DNA of 64,000 nt from a virus: IMG/VR virus record IMGVR_UViG_3300045988_109836. One strand, given 5' to 3'. The notes under the pieces were generated by a model, which saw only the letters and a program-made list of their open reading frames with translations, was not told the origin of the DNA and did not search any database. Both the position numbers and the translations under genes were made by a program. Below are positions 53,906 through 61,989 of this stretch, one piece after another. How positions within the stretch are numbered: the stretch's first letter is position 1; each line of letters starts with the position of its first letter.

Positions 53906-55408
53906 TTATGCACCAGCCAATTGAGTTAAATTTACCGTCGCTTTCTTTCCTCCTTCCACTGCCGTAACAACTGCCGTTCCGGTACGCTGTGCCCCCGTAT
54001 TTGCAGCCGCAACAACAGAGTATTCGGTAGACCCCTTGGTAAACCCTGTGCCGCTTACAACCGTATCATAATCTACTGTCATTGCTGCACCCTCATTCTT
54101 TCCGTTCACCTTCTTTTGTTTCTTGCTTGAAACACCGAACGTCTTTGTTTCTCCTGCTGCTGCAAATGAAAGCGTTGTCGGGTTTGTAGTCAATGTATAT
54201 TCATAGGTAACTGTCGCTGCAAGCTGTGTTAACGTAACCTTTACTGTCTTGTTACTTCCAGTCTGTGTAATGGTAATAGAACCGCTATTAACTGCTTCTG
54301 CCTTGTTTTCAGCCGCCACTATACTATAATTCTCTCCATTAGATGTTTCAGAAGAAGTCTGGCTGAATCCGGTTCCGGTAATCTGTGCAGTCGTATCTAC
54401 CTTCTCAACACCGCCAGACGGTTTGCCGTTGACTTTTTTCTGTCTTGTTGAAACAACTTGTAAACTCTTAGTTTCTCCAAGCGCCACAAACTGTATGGTC
54501 TGTGAATTGGCTGTAAGCGCATAGTCATACGTCACTGTAGCCGCATTCTGTGTCAAGTTCATCTGTACAGTCTTTCCGCCTTCCTGTGAAATAGTCGCTT
54601 TTCCTGTTCTCTGTGATGTCCCGGTATTCTCCGCAGCTTTCAGATTGTAGTTGTTTCCGCTCACTTCATAGCTGAATCCCACACCTGCCAGTTCTATGTC
54701 AGTAGGATAAGTTTGTGCCTGCTGTTTTACCCCGTTCAGAACTTTTGTTCTTGTAGAGGTCACTGTAACCAGCTTTTCACCTCCTGCACCGTCAAAAGTC
54801 ACTGATGTAGGATTAAGCGTCAGTGCGTATTCGTATGACACGGTAGATGCGGCCTGTACACATTCAATCTGCACGGTCTTTCCACTCTCATTCTGTTTAA
54901 TCGTCACAACTGCCTTTCTTGTCGTGTTGTTCGGGTTTTCGTCTACCGTTACTTGTCCTCCACCGTCAACCTTGAATCCGGTTCCAGATATTGAGAATGT
55001 TACTGGCACACCTTCCGGGTGTCCTACTGGTTGTCCGTTCTTGAATGTCTGTTTTGAAGAAGTAACCACACACATATCATCTCCTCCTTTTGCCGGGAAA
55101 TTGAGTGTAGGCTCTTTGGTCTCCAATACATATTCTATCGTATCTTGTACGTCCGACAATACGATGCTTTCTTCCTCGAATCCTTCCGGATATGCAATAA
55201 GCTTAACAAGCGCCTTGAAAGCCCATTCCTTGAACTGTCCTATATTATAGGTGTGTCCGGGTTCTATCACGATACCCAGACTCTTGTAATATTCCACGTC
55301 ACCATAGAGGCTTTCCGTTACGAAAACCTTCATCTGACCGTCGATTCCGTCGGTTACGACGGTCATCTGGTGAACATTATCCTCTGTTGTAAACAATAAC
55401 CGTAACAT
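53906..55408 (-). CDS. Virion surface/decoration protein with four tandem BACON/Ig-like repeats
   Basis: The start is set at M19 of track ORF 53906..55462. This aligns MLRLLFTTEDNVHQMTVVTDG with the paralog MRLYRFLDEDKHIDVTLVTDG and leaves a 4-nt gap after the upstream stop. There are four repeats of about 95 aa, each ending ...N.....R.g.a.i.......v.v.ltQ (for example AATVTYEYTLTTNPTTLSFAAAGETKTF...). Confidence 0.6.
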   Translation of the reverse strand: MLRLLFTTEDNVHQMTVVTDGIDGQMKVFVTESLYGDVEYYKSLGIVIEPGHTYNIGQFKEWAFKALVKLIAYPEGFEEESIVLSDVQDTIEYVLETKEPTLNFPAKGGDDMCVVTSSKQTFKNGQPVGHPEGVPVTFSISGTGFKVDGGGQVTVDENPNNTTRKAVVTIKQNESGKTVQIECVQAASTVSYEYALTLNPTSVTFDGAGGEKLVTVTSTRTKVLNGVKQQAQTYPTDIELAGVGFSYEVSGNNYNLKAAENTGTSQRTGKATISQEGGKTVQMNLTQNAATVTYDYALTANSQTIQFVALGETKSLQVVSTRQKKVNGKPSGGVEKVDTTAQITGTGFSQTSSETSNGENYSIVAAENKAEAVNSGSITITQTGSNKTVKVTLTQLAATVTYEYTLTTNPTTLSFAAAGETKTFGVSSKKQKKVNGKNEGAAMTVDYDTVVSGTGFTKGSTEYSVVAAANTGAQRTGTAVVTAVEGGKKATVNLTQLAGA

Positions 55409-55412
55409 GTCC

Positions 55413-55985
55413 TTATGCGTTTTGTGCCACAAGTTCTTCGCGCCAAGTGTCGTTATCCGCAATGATAACCACGTTCAAATCCTCTTTCGCCTCCAATCCC
55501 AAATCTGCCAGTGTAAACGCCATAGGTTTACCGGACATAACTTTTGTAGAGATGGTTTTGCGGTCTCCCCTCACTACTCCGAATCTTTCCGCGCTTTCCT
55601 TCAAGTCAACGCTATTAGGGAAATAGATATCCACGTCCTTCTTTGCCGGAACGCTTGTCTTGATGGTGATTACACAAGCGTTCGCGTCGTTCCATTCCGC
55701 CGTTACGGACACGATTTCATTAAGTCCTTGTGGGTCAATAATCAATTCCAAACCCTTTTCTTCTGCAAACGATACAAGTTCTTCGTGCATGACCGCTTCG
55801 CCCACATTCCACTTGAAACCGAGCTTCAAAAGTTCTGCGCCACCTTCCGGGTCCGTTACATTCCCTTTAGGGGTAATTCCACGCGGTGATTCAGTGATAA
55901 ACACTTTCTTCTGGTCGCAGCTTCCGTCTGTCACTAATGTCACATCGATATGCTTGTCTTCGTCTAAAAATCTATACAATCTCAT
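55413..55985 (-). CDS. Paralog of the N-terminal domain of the repeat-bearing decoration protein
   Basis: 190 aa. The N-terminal ~100 aa align with the next gene (VTLVTDGSCDQKKVFITES vs MTVVTDGIDGQMKVFVTES). Confidence 0.55.
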   Translation of the reverse strand: MRLYRFLDEDKHIDVTLVTDGSCDQKKVFITESPRGITPKGNVTDPEGGAELLKLGFKWNVGEAVMHEELVSFAEEKGLELIIDPQGLNEIVSVTAEWNDANACVITIKTSVPAKKDVDIYFPNSVDLKESAERFGVVRGDRKTISTKVMSGKPMAFTLADLGLEAKEDLNVVIIADNDTWREELVAQNA

Positions 55986-56020
55986 AATCTTTTTCTTTTA
56001 GGTTATAAAATACGAATTTG

Positions 56021-56509
56021 TTATTTTATCGCTTTCGGTTTCTTGTCTCCGAACTCGTCGAAATCAGACAGATATTTCCGTACCCTTTGAGGTACCAAAG
56101 TAGGGCTTACCTTTGCCGCGTTCTCCACAATTGATATCGATTCCCTTATAATAAGGGCGTTACATACCACGGCACGAAACCATGTATATATCTCCACGTT
56201 TCCGCCTTCCACGGTAAAGTTACCCATCACATGAGCCACAATAAGAATAGCGCTGTAAATGAAAAGCTTCGTAATAATCATTGCGAAACCCTTGCTTGAA
56301 AAGTCCTTGTTCTTGATATGGTATACCCAGCTTACCAGTGTATCTATCACGATAAGAATCATTAGGTATTTCAAGAACTCCCAGTCTCGAAACACATATT
56401 TCTCAATGAATGAAGCCGTGTTGGAAAACGAGATAGATATACTCAACAACACGGGAAAATATAAACTCATTACGTATTCCCTTATTTTATGTATTTTCCC
56501 CATAATCAT
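56021..56509 (-). CDS. Holin (Phage_holin_4_1-like)
   Basis: 162 aa with 3-4 predicted TM helices. LIVIDTLVSWVYHIKNKDFSSKGF and IRESISIVENAAKV match the LL-H-type holin family signature. Confidence 0.55.
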   Translation of the reverse strand: MIMGKIHKIREYVMSLYFPVLLSISISFSNTASFIEKYVFRDWEFLKYLMILIVIDTLVSWVYHIKNKDFSSKGFAMIITKLFIYSAILIVAHVMGNFTVEGGNVEIYTWFRAVVCNALIIRESISIVENAAKVSPTLVPQRVRKYLSDFDEFGDKKPKAIK

Positions 56510-56521
56510 AAGACAGAATTT

Positions 56522-57214
56522 TTAAGAAAGAACGTATGCGATATGTACAAGTTTGCTCGGTGAAGCGTTCGGATATTTCTTTTTCATATATTCGTAGTGT
56601 TCCTTGATAATACTTTCCGCTTCTTTAGGGTTATGCCCAGATTTTGTGGCTGCGGCCACAAGTTTTTCTACAGTAGGAAAACCGCCTTTCTTTTCCTTCG
56701 TCTTTTCTTCCTTCACGGTCTCCTTTGTCTTGATACCTTGGCGACGTACCCATCCGTTGGCGGTCTTCACATATTCCTTTCCGCTCCAGCTTCTAACCGT
56801 TCCGATAGGTTCACCCTTCCGTGCCTTCTCTATATCATCAGATACACACATTCCGGCTATGCCCTTAAAAATGTTTAGAGGGGTTTCCTTGTATCGCAAC
56901 ATATCTCTGTTTTCGGACATTGATTTAAAAAGACCTTCCTTTCCCGGTATCACTTCTACCTGTGAGGGTCTAACGAACATGGGTTCTTCCTCGTAGAGGT
57001 CGTTCAGCACCTTAACTGTTTCGAGTGATTTCCAGTCTGCGGCTGCACATGCTTTCTCGAACTCGTCCAGTTCGTTGTTTTCCGATTTTTTCAGTACATC
57101 TGTCGCAAATGCGGCTACTTGCTTTGCATTGAATGCCTCATAGTCGTTGTCAATGAGAAATTGTTCAAATTGTGCACGTCCGAACACTTTCTCTCCTTTT
57201 CTATTATTATCCAT
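56522..57214 (-). CDS. Hypothetical protein
   Basis: 230-aa ORF with no catalytic motif recognised. It contains GEPIGTVRSWSGKEYVKTANGWVR. Confidence 0.55.
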   Translation of the reverse strand: MDNNRKGEKVFGRAQFEQFLIDNDYEAFNAKQVAAFATDVLKKSENNELDEFEKACAAADWKSLETVKVLNDLYEEEPMFVRPSQVEVIPGKEGLFKSMSENRDMLRYKETPLNIFKGIAGMCVSDDIEKARKGEPIGTVRSWSGKEYVKTANGWVRRQGIKTKETVKEEKTKEKKGGFPTVEKLVAAATKSGHNPKEAESIIKEHYEYMKKKYPNASPSKLVHIAYVLS

Positions 57215-57293
57215 GAATAATGCCTTTTTAAGTTATAACGAAATTGTAATTACAACGGTAAAAATAGGCATTATCAACCAAATAACCAAGCTT

Positions 57294-57536
57294 TTAACTT
57301 GAATAATTATCCGGACACGGATATTTGTACTTCGCACGGATAGGATTTTCTTTTATGTATTTCCGTCTTCTGTTTTCCACCCGTTTCCTGGTCCTTTCGG
57401 CTTTCGCCAAAGCCTTCTCAATCCGTTCGCGTCGCTTATCGTCTCGCGCTATGCGTTCCCGTATCATCTGTTCCGCGTACAGTTCCACGTCTTCGCTCTC
57501 ATAGTCATTGTATAGATAATAACTCAAAGTCTCCAT
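57294..57536 (-). CDS. Hypothetical basic coiled-coil protein
   Basis: 80-aa ORF, Arg/Lys-rich (RERIARDDKRRERIEKALAKAERTRKRVENRRRK). Confidence 0.5.
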   Translation of the reverse strand: METLSYYLYNDYESEDVELYAEQMIRERIARDDKRRERIEKALAKAERTRKRVENRRRKYIKENPIRAKYKYPCPDNYSS

Positions 57537-59004
57537 ATTCTTGATTGATATATTTTGCTACAGTAAACTTATTTTTCCTCGCTTCCCTTGCTTTTCTGGC
57601 GATTTCTCCTATCTCTTTTGCAATCTTCTTCCTTTCCTCTTCCGGCTCTTCATAGTATGTTCTGCTTGTATTGGGGTCAAAATAATTATAGTCATATACC
57701 GTACAGCGATTTTTTGCAACCAAATCAATTCTACTGTTTTCCTCGATTTCTCTCTGTATATCCGACCTGTGAATATATTCCAAATATTCTTCTTCCTCCT
57801 TTTCCTTCTCGAAATTGTCTTCCCAGTATTCCAAATCCTTTTTTAATGTATGATGTAAACTGAATCTCTTTTTACACGGTATATCATCTCCTTCACACAT
57901 TATAGAGGTATCTCTTTTCGCCATTCTATTGAACTCCTTGTCTTCCCATAAAAAACCCTTTTCTTTTCTGAACCAAACTCTTTTAAGATAATAAACAGAA
58001 TCCTTTACCCTTGAAACACCTTCTTTAATCTTCTCGAACCTTCTTGCAAACATATTCTTCCATTCCTCCCTGTCCGGCAATGCTATCGTATAGTTATTCA
58101 ATTTAGGGTTGTATCTCATTGATTTAGTCGCCCTGTCCGGCTTCATGTATACTCTTTCTCCAAAAATCTCTTTCAATGCTTTTATAAACTTTCTCACCGT
58201 GTCTACACTGCATTTCATACGGCTTGCAATACGCTTGGGGCTTTCATAGAATGATGCTTCGCAATTATTCCATTTTATAGCCTCTAATGCGTGCTTATGC
58301 GCCATCTTTACAGCCTTTTTATAAACCTTGTCATAATCTGACTCCTTCCAATCCTCGTTATTGTACAGCCATTCAACTATCTTTAAAATCTCGTCTTTCT
58401 TTGATTCCTCGTCATTCCATACGTCCAAATTATACTCTGCAATCTCCTTGCAATACTTGTAATACCTTATCTTCTTTGAAATGTAGTTCAATATCCTTGT
58501 AAAAATAGGAGACCATTTTACCCCTTTCTCCTTAATCACATAACGCAAATAATCCGGCAGATACATCTCTTCCGTTACATCCTTGAAATCCTTATTTATG
58601 ATTGTACATACGTCCTTTTCGGGGAATTTAATATAATCATTTAACCTCAAAAATTTAATGCAATCTTTCGCTTTTCTGTAGGAAATTCCTACTTCTTCCG
58701 CAATCTTCAATGACAGTTCTTGTGTAGTAAAACTTCTCTTCCAAAACGTCTTATACTGATACTTCTTCTGGTTTCTCTTACAATACTTGTTGTTTATCAA
58801 TCTAATAGCGCACAATACGCAGCAATACTCGTAATCCTGGATAGTCTGTAAATTCTTTAAATCCTTAGTAGGAAATTTAATCTTTTGTGAAATGTCCTGG
58901 CATGATGCCGATTTTTCTGTATCTTTTTTCATACACTTCTCTTTAATTTTCTCACTTCTACAAATACCATTTTTTGGTTTTATGTCTTGCTTAAGGACAC
59001 CCAC
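57505..59004 (-). CDS. Hypothetical large early protein, candidate DNA-binding/replication-initiation factor (positional guess)
   Basis: 499-aa ORF opening at GTG. An internal ATG (MKKDTEKS) is an alternative start. It is Lys-rich and adjacent to the iteron-containing non-coding hub. No motif recognised. Confidence 0.4.
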   Translation of the reverse strand: MGVLKQDIKPKNGICRSEKIKEKCMKKDTEKSASCQDISQKIKFPTKDLKNLQTIQDYEYCCVLCAIRLINNKYCKRNQKKYQYKTFWKRSFTTQELSLKIAEEVGISYRKAKDCIKFLRLNDYIKFPEKDVCTIINKDFKDVTEEMYLPDYLRYVIKEKGVKWSPIFTRILNYISKKIRYYKYCKEIAEYNLDVWNDEESKKDEILKIVEWLYNNEDWKESDYDKVYKKAVKMAHKHALEAIKWNNCEASFYESPKRIASRMKCSVDTVRKFIKALKEIFGERVYMKPDRATKSMRYNPKLNNYTIALPDREEWKNMFARRFEKIKEGVSRVKDSVYYLKRVWFRKEKGFLWEDKEFNRMAKRDTSIMCEGDDIPCKKRFSLHHTLKKDLEYWEDNFEKEKEEEEYLEYIHRSDIQREIEENSRIDLVAKNRCTVYDYNYFDPNTSRTYYEEPEEERKKIAKEIGEIARKAREARKNKFTVAKYINQEYGDFELLSIQ

Positions 59005-59579
59005 TAATTTTTAGCTTCTTTCTTGCTAAACAAAAACAAAGAAAAAGGGGAATTTTCAAAAAGAAGCTAATGTTTAGTGAGAAAACTAAAGAGTAACCCC
59101 TTTTTCTTTTGCGGCTCCTAAATCTTCATCAGACCTTAGCCGCTATGTTTAAGCACTGCAAACATAGGGATAATTTTTCAATCCACAAAATTTTCTCGGA
59201 AAAATTTTCGCCGCGCCGCGCTTTTTCCAAAATTCCTTCTTGTTTCCGTCTTCCCTTTCGCTTCATCTCCCCTTTTTCTATTTTCACTTCCGTTAACACT
59301 TCCTATATCTCACTTTATCCCCCTTCCCCATTTTTCACTCTTTCCCCTTCCTCCCCCAAACCCCCTATTGCTATATTGCAATATCTTCCTCCTATTAACA
59401 TACCCGTTAGGGTAAAAGAAAAAGGGGAATTTCATACCCCTTAAGGGGTTAGATAATACCCTTATGGTAAAATGTCAAAGTGTTGATTTCCAGATAGTTA
59501 TAAATAGTAATAAATATTGACAGAAATTTCCTCGAAAAAGCCTACCTTTACACGTGTTTAATCTTAAAAATTGTAAAAT
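59005..59579. promoter_or_regulatory. Divergent 575-bp non-coding hub with iteron-like repeats and a polypyrimidine tract, candidate origin or regulatory region
   Basis: AGAAAAAGGGG occurs four times: 59040-59050 (+), 59417-59427 (+), 59097-59107 (-) and 59269-59279 (-). The two direct copies extend to an 18-nt perfect repeat at 59038-59055 and 59415-59432. The 11-bp inverted repeat ttagcttcttt/aaagaagctaa is at about 59011-59070. The palindrome ccccttaagggg is at 59437-59448. A C+T-rich tract of about 150 nt spans 59221-59370. Confidence 0.5.
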
Positions 59580-60035
59580 ATGAAAGTGATTTATGAATCG
59601 AAAATTGCGAAAATCATCATTCCGAATTTTTCTGCAATCCTAATTTTTTGCTGGCTGCTATGCAAGAAATCGAAAGAGTATTATGACGAAAAATTTCTGA
59701 AACACGAAGAAACCCACTCCTACCAGTGGAAGTCGTTAATGATACCGGGAACCGTGCTTTTTAGCGGTCTTTCCGGTGTTTTCTCATGTCCTTGGCTACT
59801 TCTCCTTATCCCGTTGACATTCTATCTGTATTACGTCCTGGAATGGCTTGTGCGTGTGATAGGTGCCTTAATCAAATATCACCCCGGTTTCAGTGGCGGT
59901 ATAAAGAAATGGATTAAGAGAATCCAGGCAATAAACCATGATTGTTATCATGCAATCGTGTTTGAACAAGAAGCTAATGCAGTAGAAAAAGGATTGGTGG
60001 ATTATGGTTTTTTATCATTCTTCAAGTATTATTAA
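59580..60035 (+). CDS. Membrane protein with an HExxH motif, the only independent plus-strand gene
   Basis: 151 aa with 3-4 hydrophobic helices. The HEETH motif is at aa ~42-46, with a downstream FEQEANAVE. An A-rich leader precedes the ATG. Confidence 0.6.
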   Translation: MKVIYESKIAKIIIPNFSAILIFCWLLCKKSKEYYDEKFLKHEETHSYQWKSLMIPGTVLFSGLSGVFSCPWLLLLIPLTFYLYYVLEWLVRVIGALIKYHPGFSGGIKKWIKRIQAINHDCYHAIVFEQEANAVEKGLVDYGFLSFFKYY

Positions 60036-60049
60036 CTCGATTGTCAAGA

Positions 60050-60085
60050 TTTAGAAAAAAGAAAAGGGACGTTTCACAACGTCCC
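60050..60085 (-). terminator. Intrinsic terminator shared by convergent genes
   Basis: The stem is gggacgtt (60066-60073) paired with aacgtccc (60078-60085). On the minus strand it is followed by TTTTCTTTTTTC. On the plus strand there is a hairpin but no U-run. Confidence 0.65.
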
Positions 60086-60162
60086 AGTCTGTCGGGTTTC
60101 GCTAAACCCATGTTCTTATACTACAAAACAAAATTGAATAATTATACAAATTGAGTGAATAT

Positions 60163-60498
60163 TTATGCGATAATCTTCTTTATAGAAACCGCGTTCCGCT
60201 TGATATTCCCGATTTTCCGGCAAACCTCATTAGTGGAAATATCCCTGTAGGAAGAAAGAATTTCTGAAATTTCCGCTATCTTGTCTACCAAGATATTCAT
60301 TTCTTCCAATCTTTTCCAGTTAACGGAGACCGAAAAATGATTCTTGATAAATTCATCACGGGCTGTTCTTGCTTCTTCTACAGTACGGAAATAACCAATA
60401 TTGTACTTCTTCTTCTCCAGTTCTATTATGACCCGGTACGGCTTGTTTTTGGACCGCTTGTCATAATAGTAGATATACCTATCACTCCTTGGTTTCAT
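60163..60498 (-). CDS. AP2-domain DNA-binding protein
   Basis: PYRVIIELEKKKYNIGYFRTVEEARTARDEFI fits the phage AP2/ERF-like domain pattern (Y.a.i...gk...lG.F.t.EEAa.ay). The start is set at M19 (MKPRSDRY) to limit overlap with the upstream gene. Confidence 0.6.
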   Translation of the reverse strand: MKPRSDRYIYYYDKRSKNKPYRVIIELEKKKYNIGYFRTVEEARTARDEFIKNHFSVSVNWKRLEEMNILVDKIAEISEILSSYRDISTNEVCRKIGNIKRNAVSIKKIIA

Positions 60499-60706
60499 TG
60501 TCTTCTTCCTCCTTCTTTTTGAGAACCGGAATAGGTCCCAGGCAGTGAACAAAGATGGCCGTGATAAACGGGGAAATGATAAGCGCTAAAAGCATCCATA
60601 CTCCAAAACTTCTGTTCATTCTTTCTGCCGTGGAACCTACCTCAGCACTCAGCATGAGATGAACGATAAAAATAATGATACATAAAAACACGATACTTGC
60701 ATTCAT
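60482..60706 (-). CDS. Small membrane protein
   Basis: 74 aa with two hydrophobic helices and an acidic tail. Confidence 0.5.
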   Translation of the reverse strand: MNASIVFLCIIIFIVHLMLSAEVGSTAERMNRSFGVWMLLALIISPFITAIFVHCLGPIPVLKKKEEEDNETKE

Positions 60707-60709
60707 AGC

Positions 60710-60913
60710 TTAATCCTCCTTTTTATTTAGTTTGTTAATAATTTTTACTGCATATTCCTTTAGGGTATCATCGTCCATCACTTCTCCCATCTCTTTATTT
60801 ATTAGGGATAACGTGCCGTCCAGGTTCTTTCTGTATACGGCAACCATACTCATGCTTTCGCCCTTTGCCGGGTCATACACGACCCGGTAGTTTCCTTTGC
60901 TTAATGTTCTCAT
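60710..60913 (-). CDS. Hypothetical small protein
   Basis: 67-aa ORF overlapping its upstream neighbour by 4 nt. Confidence 0.5.
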   Translation of the reverse strand: MRTLSKGNYRVVYDPAKGESMSMVAVYRKNLDGTLSLINKEMGEVMDDDTLKEYAVKIINKLNKKED

Positions 60914-61143
60914 TTCTGTAATAAAAGCTTTATAATGACATTGTTAATAGTAAATTCCTCAATCTCTTTTATGTCCTTTTCAGAGCACATGTGTTTGTTT
61001 TCGGTATATTCTATGATGTTACCGTGAAGAATATCTGTAGGAGACGGAAAACGCTTTATTTCGGCCACTTTCCATATTCCGAACTTGACTGTTACATATA
61101 CCTCGTATGAATCGGGGTTCTTGAAAAAGTCTATATTTGCCAT
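60910..61143 (-). CDS. Hypothetical small protein
   Basis: 77-aa ORF. A variant of the pre-ATG box (GTCAAGCGAATAAAA, 61155-61169) lies 11 nt upstream. Confidence 0.5.
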   Translation of the reverse strand: MANIDFFKNPDSYEVYVTVKFGIWKVAEIKRFPSPTDILHGNIIEYTENKHMCSEKDIKEIEEFTINNVIIKLLLQK

Positions 61144-61171
61144 GATTGTAAAGATTTTATTCGCTTGACAA

Positions 61172-61378
61172 TTAATTTAACGCCCATTCAATGGCATGTT
61201 CGGCTGATTCTTGATCGGGATATATAATACATTCATATTCGCTTGATTGATAGAAGCAATATCCTAATTTGTTGAAATTGTCTTTTACCACCGATTCAAG
61301 GAATTTTGGACAAATTTCTTTGCTATATTCACCGTTAACTATTTGTCCTCCCATTGTTTCAATTACGTAAACTTCCAT
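61172..61378 (-). CDS. Hypothetical small protein, first gene after promoter copy D
   Basis: 68-aa ORF. The 15-mer box lies 5 nt upstream of the ATG. Confidence 0.55.
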   Translation of the reverse strand: MEVYVIETMGGQIVNGEYSKEICPKFLESVVKDNFNKLGYCFYQSSEYECIIYPDQESAEHAIEWALN

Positions 61379-61500
61379 AGCGTTTTTATTTGTTTGACCT
61401 AATTAACCGTCTCCCTTAAGAAGACATTGCAAATATAAGGCCTTATTATGACATACGCAACTGCGTATGTCATTTTAACATAAGATTAACATATAATCCC
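61379..61500 (-). promoter_or_regulatory. Copy D of the conserved promoter/operator module, with a perfect 26-bp palindrome
   Basis: ATGACATACGCA-GT-TGCGTATGTCAT is at 61448-61473. The -33-like TTGC is at 61457-61460 in the palindrome centre. A 19-nt spacer follows, then the -7 box TATATTTG at 61430-61437. The 15-mer box is at 61384-61398. Confidence 0.7.
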
Positions 61501-61506
61501 AAAGAA

Positions 61507-61548
61507 AACACCCGGAAACATTCTTTCACGAAGAGCGTAACCGGGTGT
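61507..61548 (-). terminator. Probable terminator after the 134-aa gene
   Basis: The stem is aacacccgg (61507-61515) paired with ccgggtgt (61541-61548), with a 25-nt loop. On the minus strand it is followed by TTTTCTTT. Confidence 0.45.
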
Positions 61549-61584
61549 CAGTCAAACAAATATAAAATTTAGAGAAAGAAGGTT

Positions 61585-61989
61585 CTAAACTATGTTTGGG
61601 TAGAAATAAGGCGCATTATCCCAATCATTTATTATCTCTTTGAGTATTTCCCAGGAAACAAAGATAGTATGGTCTGAAAGAGCCGCTTTCTTGTTTCCGG
61701 TCCAGTAAATAGAAGAAAAAACCGGGTTCTTGGACTGGATAATACTTTCAACAGTGCGTCCCTCCATATCCTCAATGATTTTATGATAGGCGAAAGAACT
61801 GATATTTCGACCCAGTACAAGGCAAAGTATATCGCCAGATTTGCACTTTAGGGCACGCACAATGGACGTTTTATCCTCATCCTTTACGTTATCATTATCA
61901 CGAAGCAAAAGTAGCTTATTAGAGCTGCAAAGCCAGTCAATATACTGGCTTCCTCCGCTGTATGTAAATTCGTTTTTCCTTGCCATCAC
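61585..61989 (-). CDS. Hypothetical protein
   Basis: 134-aa ORF overlapping its upstream neighbour by 4 nt. Confidence 0.55.
   Translation of the reverse strand: MMARKNEFTYSGGSQYIDWLCSSNKLLLLRDNDNVKDEDKTSIVRALKCKSGDILCLVLGRNISSFAYHKIIEDMEGRTVESIIQSKNPVFSSIYWTGNKKAALSDHTIFVSWEILKEIINDWDNAPYFYPNIV

Noticed and set aside
57215-57293. A 9-bp inverted repeat (ataatgcct ... aggcattat) as a terminator.
   Set aside because: The loop is about 41 nt and no U-run follows on the transcribed strand. It is probably not an intrinsic terminator.
59109-59444. 111-aa plus-strand ORF in the intergenic hub.
   Set aside because: It is the translation of the polypyrimidine tract (Pro/Ser/Phe low complexity). 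It opens at a non-ATG codon (the window has ttg at 59109-59111) and has no recognisable start context. The region is better explained as non-coding regulatory or origin DNA.
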